DNA of 54,212 bases from the NCBI GenBank assembly GCA_910592345.1, contig CAJVPI010000100.1, positions 1 to 54,212 on the forward strand, written 5' to 3'. The first letter of the stretch is position 1, and each line of letters opens with the position of its first letter. Below, piece by piece: positions 37,738 through 50,920 of this stretch. Made by a program: the position numbers and the translations under genes. The stretch comes from Paraglomus brasilianum (lineage: Eukaryota). The notes beneath the pieces are model-generated. The model did no database searches, was not told the DNA's origin, and worked only from the letters and a program-made list of their open reading frames with translations.

Positions 37738-40170
37738 AGAGAATTGGGATATATATATTTATGGGAGAGCAGTAAATATAATGTAAACTTGGCGATCTTG
37801 ATTTCTTATTCCGACTACGTACTATTGCCGTTATTTCTATGTCGCGTAGTGTCTTTGAGATTAGCATTTGGGAATTAGATGCTATATATTTATTATCATA
37901 TTTCATTTACTTGGCGACTTAAATGCGGACAATGTATAACGATAATCTTACATAAGCGCGCTAATTACACGAGAGTGTTATTCTATTCTGTATTTGTTTT
38001 CCACTTGAACCATTGTAATCATGACAATAATATTCATTTATTCATTCATTATACTCTATTGTAAATACAGTATCATCCGAAAGTCATTTAATTCATCCAT
38101 TCATTCATCCAATCATTCGTGTCCTCCTTCTTTAATTTTTTAATGTACATTTATCCATTTATTTTCAATTAGTTGGATTAGACTAGAACTAGATGGAATA
38201 AAGGAGATATAAAAAAACCCATTAAAGAGAAATTGGGGGTGAGGAACGTTGTGAATTAAAGAGTTGTATGGCACATCAATAACTTGGGTTCTATCGAACG
38301 AAGGCCATAGTTTGTATCACATAATCACTATAACCGCCAAATCGACAAATGGAAGACCAATTTTATCTGTCGAGACCATCATTAGAATATGGTGTATTCC
38401 ATTAAATTATGAACGCGACTACGTCAAACTTTTCGAAAGGTCAAGGATTTGAAAAACGAAACCGAAATAATCTCGCCTTTTACTTTAGCCAAATGGCAAA
38501 GAAACTGTAAATATTAATATAGAAAGTAAAATAAGAGCGATTACGGAGTATGTAGCAAATTTATAGATGAGCTAGTACGTTTATTCGGTAATAAAGACAA
38601 TTATGGTTCAGGATGTTCGATGAATTAAAATCATTAAAATCGAACACGTCTATCTCAATCTGGAAGAATACGATAAAGAATTCTAAAAATCGTTCGTGCT
38701 GAGCAAGCGGTTATTACAAAAAGCATTGAATAGTTCGTGTGGCCCACAAATTCTGTCGCACAACAGGCCTCGATCAACGTTGCATACATTTTATTAAGTG
38801 AATATCGCTTATTATCTTACTTGAAATGGTATTGGAAATAGGATTCTCCGTCATTACTCTTATCAATTTAAATCCCCACATTGCGCAATGCGGTAACCGG
38901 GAAAATTGATAAGTGCGGAAGTACAATATGGGAAAGAAGAAGCTTTGAGGAATTAATTTTAGCCAGAATAATGAGATTGGCCGATATGCTCAAGAAATGT
39001 GAGGGGGGGTGGGATTACTGACGTAAATAACCGGTATTGTATCAGGTAATTTGGCCAGAGATTTCGAGACTAAAATATTTGAACATACTGATAACATACT
39101 GAGAACTCATTCATCCACACGTTGGCTTAAACCTAAAATATTTACTAAGAAAACTTAAAAGTTAGCAAGAGTCACATTATCCGATGACTATGATAAAATT
39201 TAGTTGTAAAAAAATCAGCCAGCAAGATATTCTCACAGTATATTAATATTTTGTATTTAACGTTAAAATTAGTAAAGCAAACTTTTAAGTCTACATGTGT
39301 GATTTAAACACAACTATGCTACATATTATTATTATTGACCAACATTAATAACCATTTGGCTGATGCGTTTGAGTATTGTCTACAATAATAGTTAACAAAT
39401 AACTTGCTACATATGCTCTGTTGTTTCATACACATATGTGGTATTACAATAATATTAATTTTCGAGCAATTTTTTTGGTACATTCCAACTGGCACGCAAA
39501 TCTCAATACTAAATGAAAATAAAGTAGATAGAAAAGTCTCCAGACATTTTTGTAGGTGACATTTACATTCGGTTGGTCGTAAATGCGCGTGTTGATGTAC
39601 CAATTAATATTTAGTAAGCCACCCTTTGCCAATAATGCAAGTTTTGCGCCCTTATTAGTACACGCTCTAAAGAACAATAGCAACTAGCTAATTAGACAGT
39701 GCGTCGGTCTAGAGACATACTATCATCTGACAGTATCTAATTTTAATTAGTAAAATGCTTTAAGTTATTAATCACTTGTTGCATAACATCTCTTATAGAG
39801 TTTATTTATTTACTAACAAGTCAAATTCGTCCCATGACAAAATGCTCTTTATGAGAGATTATTCATTTATAAAGGATTTTTTTATGGAGATTCGGCTGTA
39901 CAGTAAAAGGCGTAGAATCATAATTAACAATATTAATCTAAACAACCATTGCTTTCCAAAATTTGCTATATTGTTAAAAAATAATTATTTGCCAGATACT
40001 CTACCTACGCAAACGTCACCGACTACCCTTAAAAAAAAATTTTTTTTTTCGTATAATGAATAATTCAAATGCCATACAATTTTAGCTGTACTTGCGTTTC
40101 TTTTAACCTGTAAATTTGCAAAATTTTATTGCACATTAATACTAATATTGAGATTATTTATACCCGGTTT

Positions 40171-41993
40171 TACGTAACCGAAAATAGATAAACTAAACGT
40201 TATGGCATACAAAAAAACTTGACTATTTGCGGGAAAAATTAACCATTAGTTAAACGGTTGTCAATTTTTAGCTCAATTTACCAACTGAAAAATGTAAACA
40301 ACAGTCTTTTATTACGCGTCTTGAATAAATAAAAACATAAACAAACTTTTTCAAATTGTGCTGTCAAATGTCAACAAACGCTTACAAACGAAAGATGCAC
40401 GCTTTATTACATTATTGAAACAAAGGTGTCCGTTCTGTGCTGAAACACAATGTTATCAGTCTAAACTGTACGATACAACGTTGAAAAGCTTGTACTTTGA
40501 AGTATAGAGGCGATAATAAAAAAAAATAACGGCCAATGTAGCGAAATCTATCGATCAAGCTGTATGCCATAATACACCAATATCATTAGAGTCTTTAGGC
40601 TATAAAAAAGCCCTTGGCTTTGCTTTAAACAAGCCAATGCTCACAGAGAAATTGTGTCGTTCATACTTACAGACCTTCATAGTCTGGATCATTTTGCGTA
40701 TGCTTGCTGAAGTGCAATATGCAGATTATCGACATGATGGGGAAACTGTCCAATTTTGCACCACATATGAGTTCAAAGTGGGAGTCATGAACTGTACTCT
40801 CTGTACGTGACTACCTTCTCCACTCGAAAGAACATAATCAATTGGTACCGCGATGTTTCATTCCAGAGGAATTGCGCTAACGTCCCAAGAGCGACAGGCT
40901 CCTTCAAACTACAACTCGGACTGCAGAGCAGCCAGAATAGACCTTAACGACAATTGAAAAGACACCTTATTTACCGATGAAACAGCATTTGAGTTGTCCG
41001 GAAACAGTTGGACACTGGCACAAAGGTAAACGTCCAGTTTGACGTGTGCTAAAAGATCGAAGCGCCCGAGTTGATTTTTCCATAAGAGAAAAGATAAGTT
41101 TATTTTGCTTCCTGCGTATAATGGATGATGGCAAGTTTTATGTTAGAATTCTTGAAAAGCCACCTTAGTAAAATTAATAAAATGCTTCCAAGCATATCAA
41201 TAAGGTAGCTAAAGAATTTCTTGCTAACGATGTGTCCAAGGTCATGGACTAGCCTTCTTGTAGTCCTGACCTATAGAAACTTATGGACTATCGTTAAGAG
41301 CAACGTTGACAAACGAATTTGAATGAGTTTATGACAGAGGAATGGAATTCTATTCCGGAATTTGTCTTAAATAATTTAATAAATTCAATGCGACGTTGTT
41401 GTGAGCTAGTTATTGAAAACAACGGTGAGAGAATTAATTTCTGATTCTAATAAAACTTATTTAGTATCTTTCTGGCTTTTAAACAACGTATCAATCATTA
41501 GAGTTGTGTTCTCCCGACAGTTAAACACGGTGATAGAAAAGCAACGGTGTATGATATTTTACATGAAACCTTTTTAAAACGTTTAATCAAACTTGAAGAA
41601 GGGTTAACAGTCAGAAATCTGAATAGCCATTTAGTGCCAATTATGCAAGAACTTGGAGAAGAAATGAGTAGTTATGAATAATGCTTTCATTCATACTAGC
41701 AGACTAACAACAATGTTCTTTGGAATTCAGAAATAAGTGTAATACAGTAAATGGACATCCAAGAGAGAGTCAGCTGTAATTCTTGGGAGAAAATTCCGGA
41801 TGCTATATATTCCAAAACTTATTATGGCGGGTTTAAAAGCTAAGGCCATGCAACAAAATATCGTATACGCTTTATTAATATTTTGCTGTATATTCAACGA
41901 TGAAGGAGCCTAAGCACACTTTATTGATCAAGCTTTCAAGTACCTTTATTATAATTTTAGACATTCATGTCATTATTTATTTTCGGTTACGTA
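40171..41993 (+). mobile_element. Degenerate Tc1/mariner element of about 1.8 kb with pseudogenised transposase and inverted repeats
   Basis: 16-bp perfect inverted repeat TACGTAACCGAAAATA (40171-40186 / 41978-41993). Relic peptides: SLGYKK..KPMLT, N*KDTLFTDETAFEL, MD*PSCSPDL/IENLWTIVK, EEWNSIP...INSMRRCCELVIENNGERINF* (stop 41442-41444). A second Tc1-like C-terminal relic (WEKIP...KAK.HATKY) lies at about 41780-41862. Confidence 0.85.
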
Positions 41994-43776
41994 TGGTTGA
42001 AATTGTGAATTGCAAATCTGCCATCAAGCTATCATGTTCACCTGACTGCTGATCGTCGTCTTGAGCGCCAAACTTTCTAGTTAAACCGTCATATTTCGTC
42101 AATGCAACTTTAATGAGCAACGTTATCGCATAGGGTTAAGTTGAAATATTAAATGAGCGTTGAAACTAAATTAACAGACATCGTTGACGCTAAAGCGTGA
42201 TTGATTTTTTTTATTACGTTCATGCAATACATACTGTTCGAATAAGCGCATTCTCATTAAATAGTCGGCACAACTTCTACCAATTAAAATTAACAAGCAT
42301 ATTAATATGTGTTGGGAAACAAGGTTACAAAGTAATCTATTTGCAATTTGCAATTTGTTGTGTACGATACATTTGTTATGAAGTGTAATGTTTTACTATC
42401 ACATTTATACTGTATATTTATGGACGCTTGAATTAAGTTGTGCTAATAAGGCGGAAGCGCGCGTGAATGGCGTGAGAACGGGGGGAGGGGGAGGGGACTG
42501 GCGATAAGTGTATGCAATCTTTTCGATTAAAGCTTTGTAGACCTTCATAGCCGCTGTTAAAGATGAGATCGAGTAAAAGAATATCTGTATATACGTCATA
42601 TCATGTCTCTGGATTCAGTTGCTGCACTTTCCTGTAATTATCGAGCCTGACAGCTAGCTTTGAACTTTTAGTTAAACCATTTATATAGTTCATGTGAACG
42701 GATACAACTTTGATTTGTTGATGCATGAACATCCTAAGATCACTTGCACGATCCGATTTCCCAAGCGATACTGAACTGAGGCACACTCGATAATGGGGGT
42801 TGTTTGCATATTTTATTGGTTGATGCAGTCGGATCCCACTTACCTTATTTGACATAATGCCTTATCTGATGTAGTCACATAATGACGTCACTTGCTTTAA
42901 CTGGGCTGTCCCACTTTCCACGAAAATCTTTAGTTATGTCCAATATAGTAACATCACATCAGCCACTTGATAGAGTTTAAATCTGAGAACTGTCGAATCC
43001 CGTGCCAAAAATTTACAAGTATCTGGTATTACTGGCATCCAACTCATGAATGGCCATAAATAACTGGTGAGATATATATTAATATCGTCGAATCATTTAC
43101 ATTAGATTTTCGTCCTTTGCTTGCAGCAAACGCACCACCCCCAACTTTGCCTTCCGTGTATATACTGTATATTCACAAACGTATTCATTGACAGAAGTAG
43201 TGCAAACATTGTGTATACATGATAGATGATAAGGTTTACGCAACATCATTCTCCGAGCGTTTGTACATAAAAGTAAGGATAAGATGACAATGACAAATCG
43301 CCATTCTTTGACTTCATTTATTAGCAATCAGGAGTAAATACACTATTGTATTCAAGACAGTTGGCGAGACGTATTGCAATACAATACATACCCCAAGATA
43401 TATTGCCTCTGACAAATCCGCCCACCAATCAGGGCTTTCGAATAGTTTGTTGGAAACAAAGCTTTTGTTATATGAACTATTATAGATCGATCGCCATTTG
43501 TTAAGAAGATTGCAAAATGGGTATCAACAAAATATGTTTGGCGTAACTTGTCACAAAAAAATGGCATGCTTAGTCAAATTAAATATGTATGTTTTTTATG
43601 TTGGGGGAGGGGGACATACAGTATATAAATAGACGAGTCACCATCACCTTATCACATGACTCCGAATAAAGAAAATAAAGAAAGCATTTGTATGTTGACG
43701 TTTGTTGTAATCTGTGTAATTTGGCACTTGTCAAATGCTGATTCGATAATGTCGAATAAACTGATCAATGTGGTGT

Positions 43777-43810
43777 GTGTAGTGTGTAGTGTGTAGTGTG
43801 TAGTGTGTGT
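43777..43810. repeat. (GTGTA)n microsatellite
   Basis: Directly visible. Confidence 0.85.
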
Positions 43811-44328
43811 ATATATTCTTGATAATTTTGGCTATATGGGTCCCGTCTATCGATCGATACATGTGCATTGTCCATACGGACGTTCATGTTGCAATGTTTC
43901 AACTGCTGTCCTGATGATATCCTGTCGTTCACCTTTCAAAGTTTGTTTGTGCACTTTTGTTATTAGGATACATTGTCTACTCCGCTTTTTTGTTTTTTGT
44001 TTATCTCAAATAAAAGCCACATCATTGTTGGGCGATGGGGGTGTGTGCATTGATTAGTTAGCAGCAATGACAGAAATAGTGTAATTATGTGTGATATACA
44101 CTCATTTGCATGTTATCACATCTCTTGATATGTCCCCTTATCTTTCTGTTACTTGATTGGATAATGCCAATTTCGACGCACAATATGCCGAATTTATTTC
44201 CATGCGTCTAGAATAGAATGATCTTGAAGAATATGGCGCTCATAATAGTTTAGTCCTGCATTCTTTGTTGCGGCAGTAGGCTTATATGCCTCATGCAATT
44301 ATCACATTTCATTCCGTATTAAATGATT

Positions 44329-44470
44329 CGCAACCGCAACCGCAACTGCAACTGCAAACGCAACTGCAACCGCAAACACAACCGCAATCACAATCGCAAT
44401 CACAACAGTCGCAACCGCAACTCAACCGCAACTCAACCGCAACTGCAACTGCAACCGCCGCAACCGCAAC
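44329..44470. repeat. Hexanucleotide microsatellite (CAACCG/CAACTG/CAATCA)n
   Basis: Directly visible; explains ORFs 44286, 44309 and 44323. Confidence 0.92.
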
Positions 44471-45683
44471 CCCACTATTTTTCAACAACTTTATCTTTCC
44501 CCGATTTGATTGCGCCCAAACAGCATCTGGAATATAGATTCGATGTTGTACCTGCGTTACATATGCTCGCGTGAGGGTCACACAAGGCTTTCAATAGAAA
44601 GAAAAGTAGTGGGAAATTTGCGTAAAAGTCGGAATGCGGATGCACGGAATAATTAAGAGCTATCTCCTCTGACTCTAAAGATTGGTGTTTGTTCATCTAT
44701 TGTTGATCATACTACTGCCTCACATTGAAATATATTATTCATAGAGGGCTGACGACAATCCCTGTCAAGCACGTTGATCTTTGCCTCTTTCGCATGTTTG
44801 CAACTTTTGGGGAATTATTATTCCCATACATTAATCGAATAAGACGCATACATAAACTGTGGTGTAAAGAAGAAAGAACATTCTTCCAAGACCATCGGTG
44901 ATAATTGGATTGTTTTTGTATTTGTGATTTGATACCCGTATTAGTATGTCCACCACCTATATATCATACAAAGACAACAGCCGCCAAGAAAACAAGACAT
45001 ATATTATTAATAGTAATAGTAATAATAGAATAGAATAGAATAACAACACATACCAAAGTGCCCCGTGCTTCATATTTATTACTGTCCTCCCTCCAATCGC
45101 CTGTGCAACTTTCCTTTACTTAGTAATTATACGGTTGGGGTGTGGAGAAGGGGTAACCTGTCGGACTATGAGTTGCCTTTGGCATAGAATATATTACTGT
45201 ACTTGATGTTATAGAAACTTTGAGTGGTACTTGCTATCACCGTATCACAAATTAAATTGACTTCTGCTATATAAAAAATATTAAGAAACCTACTGTATAC
45301 ATGCGCAGTATATCAAGTATTGCATATAAAAAGAATACCCCCATCTCATCACAGGTGATATTAGGAAATTATTCAGTGACAATAGGAAATTTATTTAACA
45401 GGAAAACTCCGATCACTCGAGCAAAATAGCAATAAAGGAAAAAGTACAAATACAATATATACATAGCATTTGACAGCAATAAAACGCCTTCTCAACGACA
45501 ACCTTTTTATAACCGTCATAAAAAATACAGCCGTTTATACAAGCGTTGTGAACCTTTAGTAACCACTTTACAATACCCACTCCACTTGACAACGCTACTC
45601 ACCACATTGCTCACCAATTGCTCTCCATATTATACCAGCATTACTAACAATACCACCAATACCGACAGCAATACCAAATAGCA

Positions 45684-46982
45684 ATGCCTACAGTTCTTAT
45701 TCCTAAACCACTACCCCACTCTTACCCGCTACATCTCTCTTACTCACTCTCACATTCTCGCCACATACACCAGCCCATAACCTTTCCTCTCGCCTCTCTC
45801 CCCTTTGACGTCCTAACCCACATCCTTTCGTTTGCCGTAAACCCTTCTTCTTCTTCACCAGCCGTATCTTCCTCGCTTGCATTGGTTTCTCGAACATTTT
45901 TCTATGCATCGATTCCTCACATCTGGAATCATATTTATATTCAAGAACCAACCTACAAAATACTGTTCTCGATATTACATACACCAGTAGAAAAGTTAAT
46001 GTACGATTACAGAAAGTTGGTGAAAAGCGTAACTGTGTGTCCGGTATCAATATCACGAATGAAGCCGGGCGGATTGATAGGTGTATTGGAAATGGTCAAC
46101 GAAGTATTGACTGAGGTTAGAGAAATAAATGTAGAGGACAAATTGAGCTTCTGTCATGTGTGCCATGTCGGTGGCGAAGCTACTGCGCAGGAAGTAGGCT
46201 CTTGTTTAATACCAGCGAAACCTCTCTTATCATTGAGGCTTGATTCCGATCATACTTCTTTCAGCGACGATTTATTATGCATGATATCGTCTTCATTAAC
46301 CTCATTGAAGAAACTGTCTTTGAATGGTATAAACTTTACGGACGAAGGAATAATAGAATACGCCATTCCAGCTGTGAGTAGGACGTTGGAAGAAATTAAC
46401 ATTGGAGTCGGAATAAGTGGTAAAGCTATAATCACCGGAAGAAGCGTAGTGGAATTATTGTCGAGTTGCTATAAATTAAGGAGCATGACGCTCGAGGGAT
46501 GTGATTTGACAGATCAAGACTTTTTTATCGATGCTCTTCCGCAATGTAACTTGACATATCTCTACATTGGGAAAACCAAAACTCCCTTCTCGTCATTCTC
46601 GCTCCAGTCTCTACTTTCCACATGCTACTCTTCCCTGCAGACTCTCATACTCGACATTGACCATATTTCTCCAATTGTCCTGCTCGACATTATCATTCCT
46701 CTTTACCGCAAGTCGAATTTACACTCTCTGCATCTCATCTCGGAATCATGGACACATTGGATTGCACACTACCCTAACCCAAAGAACGAACACGAAAGGA
46801 GAGCAAAGGAAGCCATGTGGAGATGGAAATTGAAGGCGTATTGGGGTTTATCGTATGAAATGATTAGAATGGTAGCTGAAGAGGTTAGAACTTTGCGCGT
46901 ATTTAGTATATTGGGCGAAAACCAATTGAAAAGGAACGAGGCAGAAGCAATAGGAGGACGGGCAATCAAGGGAAGCTGGTAA
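45684..46982 (+). CDS. F-box / leucine-rich-repeat (RNI-like) protein, 432 aa, single exon
   Basis: F-box-like LASLPFDVLTHILSF...LALVSRTFFYASIPHIW, followed by LRR-like units (LTSLKKLSLNGINFTDEGI, CYKLRSMTLEGCDLTD, LQTLILD). Confidence 0.82.
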   Translation: MPTVLIPKPLPHSYPLHLSYSLSHSRHIHQPITFPLASLPFDVLTHILSFAVNPSSSSPAVSSSLALVSRTFFYASIPHIWNHIYIQEPTYKILFSILHTPVEKLMYDYRKLVKSVTVCPVSISRMKPGGLIGVLEMVNEVLTEVREINVEDKLSFCHVCHVGGEATAQEVGSCLIPAKPLLSLRLDSDHTSFSDDLLCMISSSLTSLKKLSLNGINFTDEGIIEYAIPAVSRTLEEINIGVGISGKAIITGRSVVELLSSCYKLRSMTLEGCDLTDQDFFIDALPQCNLTYLYIGKTKTPFSSFSLQSLLSTCYSSLQTLILDIDHISPIVLLDIIIPLYRKSNLHSLHLISESWTHWIAHYPNPKNEHERRAKEAMWRWKLKAYWGLSYEMIRMVAEEVRTLRVFSILGENQLKRNEAEAIGGRAIKGSW

Positions 46983-48698
46983 ATGATATTGGGAAAATAA
47001 ATGGAATTGCTTTGGTTGGGGGGAAGGGAAGGGAAGAGGGAAGGGAATGGAAGAGAGGTTGGGGGAGGGGGACATGGGTGGATCGATTGATAATTGAGAT
47101 ATTTTTATAGTGATTTTTTCTTTTATAATTTTGATTGGCTATTGGAATGATGGATTATACGGTTTTGGTTGTCTTCTTCTTATTATTAGTATTATTATTA
47201 TATTTTTTTTACAAATCCACAACTCGTGGGTTTACACTGAACATTTTGGCAGTCAACTTCTGTCACAAAAGTATATTCATTTTCTTTTTTTAATTATTGT
47301 ATTATAAATATTTTATCCATTAGATCTGTAGAAATATCACAAATAAAGCATATCGATCGCACGTGATTATATTGAATGAATATGTGTCATCGACAATTTG
47401 AAAGCGCAAACTTTCAGCTTGGGGTGTTTGCTTTTCCTGATCGTAACTTTTTGCGAATTCCCAGAGTTGAAGATATTGGCTTACTTGAAATGTTACTATT
47501 ACCTGATATTAACTTGTCAACGATCACAAACAACAAAGAACGTCATTCCGATAGCATAAGCAATTCATTCAATTGCTCACAAGGATTGCGTTTTCTCTGT
47601 TTGATATGTGGGATCCGTCTTGGCATTGGAATTTTCGGATATGAATTAGGTATTGGTTTATGTAGGCCTGAGTTTAATTTTTTATTACCGTGTTATTTGA
47701 TCGGCCAGTTAAACCTGTTCTGGTAAGCCTGCTTTTCGCTTTTCTTGTGGATTAAAATTTTCATACTAAACAAATACCTGGCCCAATACAGCTATTATCT
47801 CTTATCATACATATATAGCAAGACCACGTAAATGCATACTCCACGCGGGGAAACGTTTTTAGTCTATCCTTTTATGGTTCTTTGAATGGAATCAAAGAGG
47901 TTGGGATGCTCCTATGGTTATCACCGAGTCTATGGAAGACACCATAGCATGCACTCAGTTACGATGTGTTACAAAAAAACCGTTCATGTCTGGAAAAATT
48001 CAACTTATTTTGAGACAATTCAAAGTATCCTAGTCAATTTATTACACGACTTGAGCCTAGTTAGAATTTTATGAACGAACTTTAAAACGCTAAAAATTTG
48101 GCTCAACAAAACCAGTGATGGTTGAGGAGCGAGAAATTGACCAGAACAGACAATAATTCGATAATGTACGTAGAGAGGGTTCCCCGCCGCGGAGCGGACC
48201 TGTTTACAAAATAAATAAAAGCGTATTTTAAATCGACCTTTATAATAGAATTTACATCTTTTTAGTTTTTAAATGAGTTATCATTTGTGCTATTTGTAAT
48301 AGAGGGTAATATATAACGGACATTCTTGTAACTACGGTTTTCGTAATTGTCTGATAATATCAAAAGGCTAATCTAAACGTGAATGACATGCATAGCTTCT
48401 TCACATTTGTTAAGAACCTTATTTGTTTATATGTCTGCATGTAGTACGCAAAGATAATGGGTGTTAATGCTAGTTATCTGCTATCAACGATTTCATTGAT
48501 TTGATTTAGAACCAGAGAATGAAATACTAATATACTATGAAATACGCGCTGGCGTAACAATATTCTACTCACGTGATTTAATGGTTTCCAAAATTTTAGG
48601 CGCTTATTTTTGTGAGACAATAATAGTTTGCATTGCGTCTGCCGGAGTTTGTTTGCTTACAGCGCAGAATACTCTACTGATCTTGTCGACTCGTAAAA

Positions 48699-49456
48699 AT
48701 GCCAAAGATTAGACACGCTCGTTCGAGAAGGCCACCTGAAGGGTTTGACGAGATCGAGCCAACTCTTCAAGAGTTTGCTCAAAAGATGAAAGATGGTAAA
48801 ACTTTATATAGAGTCAGTTTCTTTACTACCAAAATGATTTCTCAAAATTATACGCAGCATACTGATCAGCCATGTAAATTTAGCCGAAAATGAGCCGCAC
48901 GAAGGGAAGCGTCGTGTAGAATCCCTATGGCCCATATTTCGTCTTCACCACCAGCGATCTCGTTATGTTTACGATCTTTACTATAAACGTCAAGCTATAT
49001 CAAAAGATCTGTATGATTACCTTCTGAGACACGGATATGCTGACGCCAATTTGATTGCAAAGTGGAAGAAGGTATGGAACATGCTTTTTTGTATGGTGTT
49101 TTTTTTTTTTTTTTTTTTTTTTTTGGCTACAAACTTGCCTGTTCTAATACGTTGATATTCGATAAATAGCCTGGATTCGAAAGACTTTGCTGTCTGCGAT
49201 GTATCCAACCCAGAGACACAAACTTCGGCACAACTTGTATTTGTCGTGTTCCAAAATCAAAACTGGAAGAGGGACGCATAGTAGAGTGTGTCTTGTGTGG
49301 TTGCAGGCAAGCAGTTAATTTATGTTGCAGTCTCTTTTGTTTCGGAGAATTTCGTAACGTAACAACTTTTTTCCTTGTAGAGGATGTTCGAGCACAGATT
49401 TCGTATCGTCAAAGAAGGAGGCAAAAGTGAAAGACAATATACCTAGTCAATCTTGA
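48699..49456 (+). CDS. BUD31: BUD31/G10/Cwf14 pre-mRNA splicing factor, about 165 aa. Exons 48699-48795, 48884-49071, 49170-49306, 49381-49456.
   Basis: MPKIR...[12 protein letters not shown]...[10 protein letters not shown]...[14 protein letters not shown]...[25 protein letters not shown]...CICRVPK...[14 protein letters not shown]. The third intron is GC-AG. Confidence 0.96.
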
Positions 49457-50920
49457 AGATTGAAGGATTGTTGTAAATGAACAAGCGATGAAACCGAACT
49501 TTAACGAGTGTGTACAATAAATTAAAAATGACCATACGGCGCGATGTCGACAAGTTAGACTTTCAAAATATTGATATAGCTAATCATTAATGATTTAAGT
49601 TGTATATGGGGCATACCAATATAACAATAAATGGAATACGAAACCGCAAAGAAATGAGTTCTATCTTATGAGCAATATTAACTCTGAGAACTACTCAGGT
49701 TATTGGCATAATTAGGTAAGGTTAACAGGAATATTGATATTCGGGTTATTTTTGATGGATGAGAATTTTTCGTAACTGTGTATCATATTATGTGCGTCAA
49801 GACGTAATTGTCTAATATCAATCTGCTCCACTTGACGCGTCTCCAGAAGCTTGAATGCTGTTTGTGGTAAAGGAATCTTTGATGCCGAGAGCGTGAAAAT
49901 AGTTGCTTGTCCAAATTCGAAACATCTGTCAAAGAAAACAAAAAAACAACACATGTCTTTCCCGTAAAGAGGCCATCTGATAATACAATCCGTCACTACA
50001 TTGAAAGTCTAACCGTACAGTTTTATTGTTATCCATGTTATGTATGTATTCAGAACCGAGACAGACGACTTATAATGCCAGACTTAATGTATACCTTTTA
50101 AAACCAAAGCATGAGACTTTCAATTGGGTCGTAAAGTGCAAATTGAGAAAGTCTTTATTATTTCTGCGGCACAATTAAATCCACGTACGTAAATCGCAAT
50201 AGCTAAAATTATGACATATAGTTTTTTTAAAATAAAATTTACCCTTCTCATTCCTGACATTGACTTCCAAACATAATATAGTGGTTATGCTCGAAAATAC
50301 GTCTCGAGAAAAAATCAAAATAGAATATCAGATCTTAAATCTGTGTTTTAAAAAATGAAATGGTTGCAAAAATACCAGCGTTTTCTATTTGAAGCATCTC
50401 GGCCTGCTCAGAATGATTGCTAATGGTGCTTTGAAGCTAGAAATACTAAAGAATGGGAAGGTCACGGGACTGACAATTTATACATTACTGAAAACATGAT
50501 GCATTGAAATACCCAAAGACAAGCAACTGATTTTCGGGTACCTGTTGATCAGAATGTGGAACGTGAACATTTTGCGTTTCATGAAAGTTCTCTTATTAGT
50601 ACGCGTTTTCTTTTTAAGACGTCGGCTTGTTATTCGCCCACCATTGCGAGTAACATATCTTCAAGAAACGTATTGCTTTTTCATATTCGTAATTGTATAG
50701 GCTTAACTCTCATGAAAAGAAATGCAACAACTAGAGCCAATTTGCAGTTTGTTGGTTCCACGGATTGTAATTTAAGACTTTTTGGTACCATAATAATAAC
50801 ACAAATGTACTGTGCAAGTTTATTATTTACACTTATGGCAAAACTATACTATTTATTCATATTCCTTCTGCAATAACAATAATTTAATGAAAACGCCTAT
50901 GTAATAGGAATTAGGACACG

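Noticed and set aside
40955..41255. RIP-like mutation (Trp codons changed to stops) in the Tc1 relic
   Set aside because: There are only two sites, with different dinucleotide contexts, so this cannot be separated from ordinary decay without a multi-copy alignment.
44286..44581. Poly-QP, poly-RN and poly-CxC ORFs
   Set aside because: They are products of a hexanucleotide microsatellite that is open in several frames.
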